Below are positions 9,134 to 18,435 of a stretch of DNA of 64,000 nt, piece after piece (position 1 is the first letter of the stretch; each line of letters begins with the position of its first letter). The stretch spans positions 3,648,001-3,712,000 of the forward strand of contig CAXXLQ010000004.1 in NCBI GenBank assembly GCA_963668695.2. The letters are read 5' to 3'. This DNA is from Vicinamibacteria bacterium (GTDB lineage: Bacteria; Acidobacteriota; Vicinamibacteria; Marinacidobacterales; Marinacidobacteraceae). Both the position numbers and the translations under genes were made by a program. The notes below the pieces were generated by a model. It saw nothing but the letters and a program-made list of their open reading frames with translations, searched no databases and was not told where the DNA came from.

Positions 9134-9390
9134 CGCGCTGTGACGGAACCCGCAGTCCAACCCGATCCCTTCCTGGCGATGCTGCTCAGCTGCTCCGGCC
9201 GACAACGAAGAGTTGAGCGACCGAGCGCGGCAAGCCATCCGGGAGGGAGACGCAGAGATTGACGCCGGCGGGGTTCACAGCACAGAAGACCTGGAACGGG
9301 AATTCGGACTCTGACGCGTTCCGTCGCCTGGTCCACCCGCGCCCGCCGTATGTCCCGACGGTTCTCCACGGGAGCGAGGCGTATCGCTGA
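9134..9390 (+). pseudogene. Second, decayed antitoxin-relE pair
   Basis: RAVTEPAVQPDPFLAM / frameshift / ADNEELSD...STEDLEREFGL* parallels the antitoxin at 8403. It is followed by a relE start (TRSVAWSTRARR) joined almost directly to a relE end (VLHGSEAYR*). Confidence 0.75.
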
Positions 9391-9441
9391 TCCGCGCGCG
9401 GCAACGACGCCATCCCGCCCGCGTGATGGGCGGCCCAGGTC

Positions 9442-10371
9442 TCAGTCCGGGAGGACCGGCGCGGTGCGCTCGGTGATCAGCCCGTAGTGCTCGGTCCGCC
9501 GGTGGCGGGCGAAGTCGAACACATGGCGCTTGAGATCCGCCCCGAGATCGAGGTCGCAGTCGGCAACGATCAGTTCGTCGCCCTCGCCCACCGATTCCGC
9601 GACGATCTCCCCATTCGGCGAAACGATCGCCGACCCCGCGATCAGGCGGTTGCCGTCCTCGACGCCGCACTTCGCCGCCGCCACCACCCAGGTGGCGTTC
9701 TGGTAAGCGCCGGCCTGGAGCGAGAGACGGTGGTGGAACATCCGGAGGTGCGCCGGCTCCCGGTGGTGGATGTTCACCTCCGGGGTGTTGTAGCCGAGCA
9801 GGATCATCTCGACGCCCTGAAGGCCCAACACGCGGTAGGTCTCCGGCCAGCGGCGGTCGTTGCAGATGCACATCCCGAACACCCCGCCGAAGGCGCGCCA
9901 CACCGGGAAACCCAGGTCCCCGACCTCGAAGTAACGCTTTTCGAGGTGCTGGAAAGGAGCCTCGGGCAGGTGTTCCGAGTGCCCGGGGAGATGGATCTTC
10001 CGGTACTTCGCGAGGATCTCGCCGCGGTCCACCAGGATCGCGGTATTGAAATGCCGGACCTGGTCCGCTTCGCGCACGAGTTCGGCGTACCCGAGATGGA
10101 ACCCCACGCCGAGCCGCCGCGAGGCATCGAACAGGGCCTGGGTTTCCGGCCCGGGCATCGCGGTCTCGAAGTAGATGTCCGCGGCCGACGCGTCCTCGAA
10201 GAAGGTGCGGGGAAAGAAGGTGGTCAGGGTGAGTTCCGGGAAGATGACAAGGCGGCAGCCTCCGGCGGTAGCCCGCTCGAGGAGGACCAGTAGCCGCTCG
10301 ACGACCTGCGCCCGCGTCTCGTCGGGTTGGATGCCGCCGACTTGGGCGGCGGCGACCTGGAGTGCGCGCAC
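9442..10371 (-). CDS. N-carbamoyl-D-amino acid amidohydrolase (nitrilase superfamily)
   Basis: FPELTLTTFFPR, YRKIHLPGH, QHLEKRYF and CICNDRRWPE supply the E-K-C triad. Confidence 0.92.
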   Translation of the reverse strand: MRALQVAAAQVGGIQPDETRAQVVERLLVLLERATAGGCRLVIFPELTLTTFFPRTFFEDASAADIYFETAMPGPETQALFDASRRLGVGFHLGYAELVREADQVRHFNTAILVDRGEILAKYRKIHLPGHSEHLPEAPFQHLEKRYFEVGDLGFPVWRAFGGVFGMCICNDRRWPETYRVLGLQGVEMILLGYNTPEVNIHHREPAHLRMFHHRLSLQAGAYQNATWVVAAAKCGVEDGNRLIAGSAIVSPNGEIVAESVGEGDELIVADCDLDLGADLKRHVFDFARHRRTEHYGLITERTAPVLPD

Positions 10372-10456
10372 GGAGCCCGGATTGTAGGAGCCGCCAACGA
10401 GGACGGAGCCGCCGGACCGGATCGCAGAGCAGATCGAGCGAGGGCGCCCGCCCTCT

Positions 10457-10864
10457 TCAGTGCTCGCTCGGCGATATCAGACGGACGGAGGGAAAGTAGG
10501 TGCGGAACCGGGAGCCATCGCGAGTGAGCAGGGTGATATCCGCCACTTCAGCATGGGCGCCGATGAAAAAATCAGGGAGCGGAGAGGATCGAACTCCGCC
10601 GGCTCGCCGGTAGCGGCGAAAGGCGCGTCCGGCCACGAACGCCGCCTCGTAGGGGAGGTTCAACCGCTCCAGCATGAGTTCTTCCAAGCCGGCGTCCAGG
10701 GAAGCGCGGTCCTCGAATCTGACGGAAATCTCCGCGTAAATGAGTGGATTGATTCCCACGGCACCGATGGCGAGTGCATCGCCAAGGGCCTGTTTCGACC
10801 AGCTACTCCACGCAGGGTCTTCGCCAAAGATGTCGAGCAGAACATTCGAGTCAGCGAGAACCAC
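10457..10864 (-). CDS. vapC: VapC/PIN toxin (apparently intact)
   Basis: DSNVL, YAE, PDFFIGAHA and LLTRD acidic residues are all present. Confidence 0.92.
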   Translation of the reverse strand: MVLADSNVLLDIFGEDPAWSSWSKQALGDALAIGAVGINPLIYAEISVRFEDRASLDAGLEELMLERLNLPYEAAFVAGRAFRRYRRAGGVRSSPLPDFFIGAHAEVADITLLTRDGSRFRTYFPSVRLISPSEH

Positions 10865-11095
10865 TCAGTCTTCCCCTCGGGTAAGCCGCATCACCTCGTC
10901 AGTAGAAAGCCCCCGGCCCGCTATCCCGGTGGCTCTCCGAATGCGTTCCTCGATGAGTTCGCGCTTGCTCAGCAACGGACGGATTACGGCCGCTCCGTCA
11001 GTCTCCTCGAAGCGGACCTCCGTCCCCGGAAGCAGCCCCAGCCGGCGTCGCAGACGCTGGGGAATGGTCACCTGGCCCTTGGTCGTGATCTTCAT
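10865..11095 (-). CDS. AbrB/MazE-type antitoxin
   Basis: MKITTKGQVTIPQRLRRRLGLLPGTEVRF. Confidence 0.92.
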   Translation of the reverse strand: MKITTKGQVTIPQRLRRRLGLLPGTEVRFEETDGAAVIRPLLSKRELIEERIRRATGIAGRGLSTDEVMRLTRGED

Positions 11096-11101
11096 GTCGA
11101 T

Positions 11102-11125
11102 AGTATGACTTTACAAAGTCTTACT
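11102..11125. promoter_or_regulatory. Putative TA autoregulatory operator (inverted repeat)
   Basis: AGTATGACTTT-AC-AAAGTCTTACT (1 mismatch) immediately upstream of the antitoxin start, in an AT-rich patch. Confidence 0.6.
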
Positions 11126-11270
11126 GGCAATATTCTTACATCCAAACTCGGAGGAGACTGGGGGGAGAACGTCCGCCCGCCCCCGGACTGCACCTTGCTT
11201 GGGTCGTCTTTTCACCCCTGGCGACCGCCGTCCAACGAGGCCGCGCCGGATCGCGTTCCATAATCGCGTG

Positions 11271-12932
11271 ATGCGTGCCTCGCCCTCCGCCCCGTTTCTG
11301 TTGGCAGTCCTGATCGCGGGCTGCAGTCCCACCGAGCCGCCGCCCGCCCGCCCCAACATCCTCGTCCTCATGGCCGACGATCTCGGCTACACCGACATCG
11401 GGGCCTTCGGCGGCGAGATCCGGACTCCGAACCTGGACGCGCTGGCCGCGTCGGGATTGCGGTTCACAAGCTTCTACACCGCCGCCACCTGCTCCCCGAC
11501 CCGCGCGATGCTGCTCTCCGGAGTGGATCATCACCGGGCCGGGCTCGGGGGCATGGCGAGCCTGATGGGGGACGACCTCGAGGGCCGGATCGGCTACGAG
11601 GGGTACCTGAACGAGCACGTCCTCCACCTGCCGGCGGTGCTGCGCAGCGCGGGGTACCACACTTCGATCGCCGGGAAGTGGCACCTCGGCCAGGCGGCGG
11701 ACCAGAGCCCCCCGACCCGCGGATTCGACCGCTCCTTCGTCCTCCTCACGGGGGCGGCCAGCCATTTCGAGGACGCCGCGCCCGTGGACACCCTCGACGA
11801 CATCCACTACCGGCGCGACGGAGAGATCGTTCCCGCGCTTCCGGAGGGCTTCTACTCGACCCGGGCCTATACCGACGAACTGATCGGCTACATCCGGGAG
11901 GCGGGCGAAGCGGGCCAGCCGTTCTTCGCCCTCGGGACGTACACCGCGCCGCACTGGCCGCTCCAGGTCCCCGACGAGTTCCTCGACCTCTACGCCGGCG
12001 CCTACGACGACGGCTGGGAGGAACTGGCCGGACGGCGCGTCGCCGGAGCGAAGCGGGCCGGCGTGATTCCGGAAGACGCGGTCCTCCCGCCGCTGCCCAA
12101 CTATTCCCGGCGCTGGGACGAACTGAGCGACGAAGAGCGCCGGGTCGAGGCCCGGAAGATGGAGCTCTACGCCGCCATGGTCGAACGGCTCGACCACCAC
12201 GTGGGCCGGCTGATCGCGGCGCTCCGCGAACTCGGGGAGTTCGACAACACCCTGATCGTCTTCTTCTCCGATAACGGCGCGGCCGGCGAGGACGTGAGCC
12301 GACTCGCCGACAACCAGACCTTCCTGCCCGAGCGCTTCGATCTCTCCTACGAGACCATGGGCCGCCTGAACTCGTTCGTGTACTACGGCCCCGAGTGGGC
12401 CAGCGCGGCGAGCGGCCCCTACCGCTACTTCAAGCAGTTCGTCCACGAGGGCGGCATTCGGGTGCCCGGCTTCGCGGTCGTTCCCCCAACCCTCGCCGAG
12501 CGGCTTCCGGGTGCCACGACCGGCGCCTTCGTTCACGTGACCGACCTGTTTCCCACCTTCCTCGAGCTCGCGGGGGCGGAAATGCCGGCCCCGGAGGACA
12601 AGATCCTGCCGGTCGGGCAGTCCATCGTTCCCCTGCTGCGCGGCGAAGTGGAGACGGTCCACCTCGAACCCACGGGCGGCTGGGAGATCTTCGGCCGCCG
12701 CGCGATCCGCAAGGGTCCGTGGAAGGCCGCCTGGCTGGCCCCGCCGCTCGGGAAGGGCGACTGGGCGCTCTACAACCTGGACGATGACCCGGGCGAGTTG
12801 ACAGACCTCGCCGGCGAGCGCCCGGAGGTGCTCACGGAACTCCTCGCCGCGTGGGACGACTATGTGGAGGAGAACGGAGTCATCGTGGTGGAGGAGGACC
12901 GGGCCTTCGGCCCGCCGCGACTCCAGCGTTGA
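11271..12932 (+). CDS. Arylsulfatase (Cys/formylglycine type), likely lipoprotein
   Basis: ADDLG, CSPTRAMLLSG, GKWHLG, SDNG; lipobox IAGC. Start uncertain (11268 or 11271). Confidence 0.93.
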   Translation: MRASPSAPFLLAVLIAGCSPTEPPPARPNILVLMADDLGYTDIGAFGGEIRTPNLDALAASGLRFTSFYTAATCSPTRAMLLSGVDHHRAGLGGMASLMGDDLEGRIGYEGYLNEHVLHLPAVLRSAGYHTSIAGKWHLGQAADQSPPTRGFDRSFVLLTGAASHFEDAAPVDTLDDIHYRRDGEIVPALPEGFYSTRAYTDELIGYIREAGEAGQPFFALGTYTAPHWPLQVPDEFLDLYAGAYDDGWEELAGRRVAGAKRAGVIPEDAVLPPLPNYSRRWDELSDEERRVEARKMELYAAMVERLDHHVGRLIAALRELGEFDNTLIVFFSDNGAAGEDVSRLADNQTFLPERFDLSYETMGRLNSFVYYGPEWASAASGPYRYFKQFVHEGGIRVPGFAVVPPTLAERLPGATTGAFVHVTDLFPTFLELAGAEMPAPEDKILPVGQSIVPLLRGEVETVHLEPTGGWEIFGRRAIRKGPWKAAWLAPPLGKGDWALYNLDDDPGELTDLAGERPEVLTELLAAWDDYVEENGVIVVEEDRAFGPPRLQR

Positions 12933-12965
12933 CGCATTCCGGCCAGGGGCCGGTCCGCCGGGTTC

Positions 12966-14435
12966 CTACTTCAGGAAGTCCTTCGCGCCGAACCGGCGGG
13001 CGAGCGCCACGGACCAGGAAGGACGCCCCAGCGGAGCGGCGGCGGCCGGCCGGTCCCGAACGATGAACCGGCCGCTTCCCGGCAGAGCGCGCGGCTGACC
13101 GTCCCGGACCACAACCTCGCCGCGCCGGAGCACGGTCTCCGGAAACCCCTTGATCTGGCGGCCCTCGTAGGGCGAATACCCGACGTGGTCGTGGAGATCC
13201 TCCCAGCGAATGTCCACCACCTGGTCGGGATTCCAGATCGCGAGGTCGGCGTCGCTTCCGGGCTGGATCGTTCCTTTTCTGGGATAGAGGCCGAAAAGCC
13301 GCGCGGGCGCTTCGCAACAGACGGCAACGAAGCGCTGGAGGCTGATCCGCGCCTTGCCGACGCCTTCCGAGAAGAGCAGCGGCATCCGTAGTTCGACCCC
13401 TGGCACCCCGTTGCAGATCTTCGGGAAGGGCGGCTCGGGACCGGCCGCCAGCTTCCCCTTGTCGTCGAATCTGTAGGGGGCGTGGTCCGAACTCACCACG
13501 TCGAAGGTTCCGTTCGCGATTCCCTCCCAGAGCGCCTCCTGGCACTCCTCGTCGCGGGGCGCCGGGCTACAGCAGAACTTGGCGCCCTCCATGCCTGGCT
13601 TGTCGAGGTCCTCCGCAGTGAGCAGGAGGTACTGGGGACAGGTCTCGGCGAACACCTTGAGCCCGCGCCGCCGGGCGGCCGCGATCTCTTCCGCGGCTTC
13701 TTTCGAGGAGACGTGGACGACGTAGAGGGGCGCGTCCACGAGTTCGGAGAGCTCGATGGCGCGTCCGGTGGCTTCGCTCTCGGCGAGCTTCGGGTGGCCG
13801 GCGGCGTGGAACTTCGGGGCCTTATGGCCTTGTCCGACGAGGCGCTCCGAGAGCCAGCCGATCATGTCGTGGTTCTCGGCGTGGACCATGGTGAGCGCGC
13901 CCATGCGCCGCGCCGCTTCCAGCACGTCGAGGAACTGGCGGTCATCCAGACGCACCAGGTCGTAGGTCATGTAGATCTTGAAGGAAACGACTCCTTCGTC
14001 CACGAGCTGCGGAATCTCCGTCTCGAGCGCCTGCGGCGTGGGGTCGGAGACGATCAGGTGGAACCCGTAGTCGGAAACCGCCTTCGGTCCCGCAGCCTCG
14101 TGGTAGGCGGCCACCACTTCCCGCGGCGACGCTCCCCGTCCCTGCACCGCGAAGGAGAGCACCGTCGTCGTCCCCCCGCACACCGCCGAGACCGTCCCCG
14201 AGTGGTAGTCGTCGGCGCACATCAATCCCATCGAGGACTTCTGCTCGATGTGGGTGTGCGCGTCCACCCCGCCGGGAATGACCAGCCGGCCCTTCGCGGA
14301 GATCTCTTCCTCTCCCGCGCCGAGTCCCGGCGCGACGGCCTGCACCACACCCCCCGAAATCCCGACGTCCGTGGACCGGACGCCGTCGGCGGTCACCACG
14401 GTCCCGCCGCGCACCACCGTTTCGAAATCAGGCAT
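12966..14435 (-). CDS. hydA: Dihydropyrimidinase/D-hydantoinase
   Basis: PGGVDAHTH, SFKIYMTY, HAEN, ETCPQYL, SDHAPY. Confidence 0.93.
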   Translation of the reverse strand: MPDFETVVRGGTVVTADGVRSTDVGISGGVVQAVAPGLGAGEEEISAKGRLVIPGGVDAHTHIEQKSSMGLMCADDYHSGTVSAVCGGTTTVLSFAVQGRGASPREVVAAYHEAAGPKAVSDYGFHLIVSDPTPQALETEIPQLVDEGVVSFKIYMTYDLVRLDDRQFLDVLEAARRMGALTMVHAENHDMIGWLSERLVGQGHKAPKFHAAGHPKLAESEATGRAIELSELVDAPLYVVHVSSKEAAEEIAAARRRGLKVFAETCPQYLLLTAEDLDKPGMEGAKFCCSPAPRDEECQEALWEGIANGTFDVVSSDHAPYRFDDKGKLAAGPEPPFPKICNGVPGVELRMPLLFSEGVGKARISLQRFVAVCCEAPARLFGLYPRKGTIQPGSDADLAIWNPDQVVDIRWEDLHDHVGYSPYEGRQIKGFPETVLRRGEVVVRDGQPRALPGSGRFIVRDRPAAAAPLGRPSWSVALARRFGAKDFLK

Positions 14436-14528
14436 CGGAAGCGCGCAATTCTAAAGGGGACCCGTCCGTTACCGTTGCCCGCTTCCCGGAACCGGCCAAG
14501 CGTGCGCCCGGGGAGGGAGTCTTGAGCG

Positions 14529-14832
14529 ATGAGCCCGCGGGAACTGGTGGAAGCCTTCTACTTCGAGGTCTGGAACCGGGCTGACGAGGACCGGGCCCGG
14601 GAGATCCTGCACGACTCCTTCCGCTTCCGGGGATCGCTGGGCGCCGAACGGATCGGACCCGACGGATTCATCGCCTACCTGCGGGACGTCCATCGCGCGC
14701 TCGGCGACTACCGCTGCATCATCGACGACCTCGTCGTGGAGGAGGATCGAGCCGCGGCGCGCATGCGCTTCACAGGCCGCCACCGGGACGTGTTCCAGGG
14801 CGTACCCGCCACCGGCCGGCAGATCACCTGGG
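14529..14832 (+). pseudogene. SnoaL-like ester cyclase, C-terminally truncated
   Basis: YFEVWN...RFTGRHRDVFQGVPATGRQITW, then an abrupt junction with antisense permease sequence. Confidence 0.7.
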
Positions 14833-15811
14833 GCCGCCACGATCAACGGGTCCCTGAGCGCCTGCAGCAACAAGCGCTGCGGCGTGGCGCCCACCGCCAC
14901 CCGCACGGCGAGTTCCTGCCGTTTGGTGAGCTCCAACGCCAGAAACAGGGCGCCGACGTTGACGATCGCCACGAGCATCACGAGAGCGCTCGCCGCCAGC
15001 AGCAGAAGAATGATGGGACGCACGTCGCCAAGCAGGTCGTCGTCGAAGGTCTCGGCCGACGCGGTCATGCCGCGCAGCGTCACGGGAAGCACCGCGAGGT
15101 CGCTCTGGAGGTAGTTCGTGAGTTCGGACGCGGACTGGTCGACCGTCGCGCCAGGCGCTAGACGGCCGACCAGGTACACATAGAAGTCTGGCGGGCCGGT
15201 TTCCGCGACGGGGCGGAACGGACGCGCCGTCGCCCACACCTCGGTCTGGGCTGGAAATCCGAAGCCACGAGGCATGACCGCGACAATCGCCGCCGCCTGC
15301 TCTCGAATTGTGAGCACGCGGCCGGCGCCGCGGCCACACTGTCATCTTCCGCCCGGATGGTGCGGCCAAGCAGGGGCGTGACGCCGAGCACGTTGAATAG
15401 ATTCCCGGTGACGAACGCGACCTTGAGGTTCACGCCCTCCCCTTGCTCGCGCACGGGGTGGGTGGCCGCACCGTGATAATCGACCCCGGCGACGGCGGAG
15501 AGCGTCTCCGGCGAGGCGTCCACGAATCCCTTGAACGCGGCGTAAGGGACCGGCACGCGCTGCGCTCCGACGGCCCGATCGACGCCCCACAGCACCGACA
15601 ATTGCCGTTGCTCATGCACGGGCAAAGGCCGCATGAGCACAGCATCGGCGATGCTGAACGTCGCGGCAGAGGCGCCAATACCGATCGCGAGGGTCGCCAC
15701 CGCGACGAGACTGAGGGTCGGCCGCTTCGCGGCCGTGCGTAGCGCACGCGCCAACTGGCGCCCAAGCTCACGCAGGTGATCGACCGATGTCGGGCCTGGA
15801 CTGGACGGCAT
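14833..15811 (-). pseudogene. ADOP/MacB-like ABC permease N-terminal fragment, frameshifted
   Basis: LAIGIGASAATFSIADAVLMRPLP, LGRT, VMPRGFGFP and ELAVRVAVGA are split over two frames near 15320, and the C-terminal half is absent. Confidence 0.85.
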
Positions 15812-15874
15812 CGTCAGATCCTCCGGTCGCTCCCGGGCATCTCCTCTGATCGCTGTGGATCGTGAGTTTCCCGC

Positions 15875-16363
15875 CTACTCCTTCACCACCCGTCCGAACA
15901 TGAACCCCCCGACCTCGCCGTGGTCCCAGGTGCCGGCGTAGCGGTCGCCGTCGAAGACGACGGTCGCGCCAAACTCGCTGCCCAGACCGGGGATCTCGAC
16001 GTCCACCAGCCGGATCATCGGCACGTTCCCGGCCCAGAGGATCGGAACCACCACCGGCAGGGTGACGTCCACGTCCCCGTAGGTGATCCGGGCATCGAAC
16101 CGCCACCGGGCGCCGTCCAGTTTCGTCACCCCCGCGATCTCGTAGCGGTCGCGGTAGACACCCTCCCGAGGTTCCGGCCAGGCCACGGTGAAGCTGCCGT
16201 CGAGGACAACATCGCGCATGCTTTCCTCGAAGACGCGCTCGCGCTCTTCGAGCGTCGCCTCCGGGGCGACCCGTCCCACTCCGATCCCCGAAGCGAGCCA
16301 GCCGGCGCCCCAGGCGAGAGCGAGCAGCGACACGAGCGCTGCAACCTTCAGGATGTTTCGCAT
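15875..16363 (-). CDS. Hypothetical exported/membrane-anchored protein
   Basis: GGAGG ribosome-binding site, N-terminal hydrophobic segment, C-terminal YAGTWDHG..GGFMFG. Confidence 0.75.
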   Translation of the reverse strand: MRNILKVAALVSLLALAWGAGWLASGIGVGRVAPEATLEERERVFEESMRDVVLDGSFTVAWPEPREGVYRDRYEIAGVTKLDGARWRFDARITYGDVDVTLPVVVPILWAGNVPMIRLVDVEIPGLGSEFGATVVFDGDRYAGTWDHGEVGGFMFGRVVKE

Positions 16364-16394
16364 GGACGAGCCTCCAGAACGGGGATGACGTTAG

Positions 16395-16681
16395 CAGCCG
16401 GTGGACAAAGTCACGCGGCATTCCCGAGCCAGAAGAGATGGGGGTCGGGTGCCCCCGTCCCCCGTCTCTTCCGCTCCGGGGTCTCCGCGGTGCTGGCGCC
16501 CCGCTCCGGAAGCGGCCGGCGATACATCCCGGCTGAAACGCGCCGCTTCGCGGCACTCGTCGTTGCGCTTCGGTCGAAATACACCCGGGCCAGTTCTCCC
16601 GGTGGGGGCTCCTCCCTCGCGCGCCTTGTCAGCCGGGCGCCTCGCCAGCCTCGGTGCTCACGCGACTTTGCCCACCGGCTG
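16395..16681 (-). mobile_element. MITE copy C with a ~90-bp extra insert and 1 micro-insertion
   Basis: Ends CAGCCGGTGGACAAAGTC / GACTTTGCCCACCGGCTG; flanks TTAG / CTAG; extra hairpin sequence at ~16424-16512; micro-insertion at 16590-16608. Confidence 0.88.
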
Positions 16682-16722
16682 CTAGCAGCAGCCCGGTGGG
16701 CGGCCGCTATCCTGTTTACGCG

Positions 16723-18069
16723 ATGAATTCCTCGGCTCCGGTGGCGGAAAACCTCGACCGGGCGCCTACTCCGGAAGACCAGGCTGCGGCCACTGCGCAT
16801 CTCCGTCGGGCGGAGAAAGAGGCGGCGCGATCGCGGCGAATCCCCGAGGGCGTGAGCGGCCGGGCGGTCGAATCAGCCGGGTTGGTGGGTTTCGGCACCA
16901 TGGGACGCGGGATCGCGCGCTCCTTCGCGGCGGCGGGGATCCCGGTGACGGTCTTCGAAGCGTCGGACGGAGCGTGGGCGCGGGGCGAAGCGGCCGTCGC
17001 GGGCAGCCTCTCACGAGCGGTGGGCAGAGGGAAGATCGAAACCGCAGAGGCGGAACGCCGGATGGCGCGGATCCGCCGGGCCGACAGGTTTGAGGACCTG
17101 GGCGGTGCCGACTTCTTCGTGGAGGCGGTGTTCGAGGAGATCGGCGTGAAACGCGACGTCTTCACGCGCCTCGACAAGGTCGCGAAACCGGAAGCGGTGC
17201 TCGCGACGAACACCTCCTCGCTCGACGTGAACGAAATCGCCGCCGCCACCCGGAGGCCCGAAGCCGTCGTTGGGACCCACTTCTTCAGCCCGGCGCACGT
17301 CATGCGTCTCCTGGAAGTGGTGGTGGGCGACGCGACCTCCGCCGCGACCCTCGCTACGGCAATGGAGCTCGGGGTGCGGCTCGGTAAGGCGCCGGTGCCG
17401 GTCGGGGTCTGCGACGGCTTCGTCGGGAACCGGATGCTCTACGCGTACCGCCGGCAGGCTGATCGGCTGCTGCTCGAGGGGGCACTCCCCGAGCAGGTGG
17501 ATCGCGCGCTCTGCGATTTCGGGTTCCGGATGGGGCCCTTCGCGGTCGCCGATCTGGCCGGCCTCGACATCGGCCGCGCAGTGCGCCTCCGGCTGGCTCG
17601 CGAGGCCGAATCCCGGGGCGAGCCGCCTCCCCCGCCGAACGTGGCGGACCGGCTCTGCGAGCGCGGCTGGTTGGGCCAGAAGACCGGCCGGGGGTTCTAC
17701 TCCTACCAACCCGGCGACCGGACTCCCCGCCCCGATCCGGAGGTGGCCGAGATCACGCGCCGGGAGTCCGCGGCACAGGGCTTCGAGCGCCGGGAGGTGG
17801 AGGCCCGCGAGATCCTCGAGCGCTGTCTCTTCGCGCTCGTGAACGAGGGCGCCCGGATCCTCGCCGAAGGGATCGCCGAGCGGGAGGGTGACGTGGACGT
17901 GGTCTGGACCCTCGGCTACGGGTTTCCACGGGACCGCGGCGGCCCCATGCACTGGGCGCGACGCCAGGTCGGATTGGACCGGGTCATCGGGTCGCTCGGG
18001 CGCCTCGCCGATGAGACGCGCGATCCGCAGCTCGCGCCGTCGGCGGGCTTGGCAGCGCTCGCCAGCTGA
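16723..18069 (+). CDS. 3-hydroxyacyl-CoA dehydrogenase (no enoyl-CoA hydratase domain)
   Basis: GFGTMGRGIA, EAVFE, TNTSSL, HFFSPA, GFVGNRM, DLAGLD. Confidence 0.9.
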   Translation: MNSSAPVAENLDRAPTPEDQAAATAHLRRAEKEAARSRRIPEGVSGRAVESAGLVGFGTMGRGIARSFAAAGIPVTVFEASDGAWARGEAAVAGSLSRAVGRGKIETAEAERRMARIRRADRFEDLGGADFFVEAVFEEIGVKRDVFTRLDKVAKPEAVLATNTSSLDVNEIAAATRRPEAVVGTHFFSPAHVMRLLEVVVGDATSAATLATAMELGVRLGKAPVPVGVCDGFVGNRMLYAYRRQADRLLLEGALPEQVDRALCDFGFRMGPFAVADLAGLDIGRAVRLRLAREAESRGEPPPPPNVADRLCERGWLGQKTGRGFYSYQPGDRTPRPDPEVAEITRRESAAQGFERREVEAREILERCLFALVNEGARILAEGIAEREGDVDVVWTLGYGFPRDRGGPMHWARRQVGLDRVIGSLGRLADETRDPQLAPSAGLAALAS

Positions 18070-18087
18070 TCCGGTGAGGCCGCTCGT

Positions 18088-18435
18088 TTATCCGATCTCT
18101 TCCCCGCCATCCGGGCCGTAGAAGATGACCCAGGCCTTGAACGAGTCCCCCAAGTCGAGGAATCGGTGCGGAACTCCGGCGGGGACGAAGAGGAAGTCCC
18201 CGGGCCGGAAGGGAACCGTCTCGTCTCCCATCCGAAACCGGCCCTCGCCCTCGAGGATCACGTAGCACTCGTCCCGCTCGTGGGGCTGCTGGGTGTCGGT
18301 GCCGACCGGGGCGTAGAGCCCCACTTCAAGCTGACCGCGCTCCAGCGCCACAAAGTAGCGGTCTTCGGGAAGTTGGGCGGTGCATTCCGCCGCGGAGAGC
18401 TTTCGGCATTCCGTTTGTCTCAAAATGGCGGTCAC
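18088..18435 (-). CDS. Cupin domain protein
   Basis: QQPHERDECYVI...GDFLFVPAGVPHRF; start uncertain. Confidence 0.85.
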   Translation of the reverse strand: MTAILRQTECRKLSAAECTAQLPEDRYFVALERGQLEVGLYAPVGTDTQQPHERDECYVILEGEGRFRMGDETVPFRPGDFLFVPAGVPHRFLDLGDSFKAWVIFYGPDGGEEIG

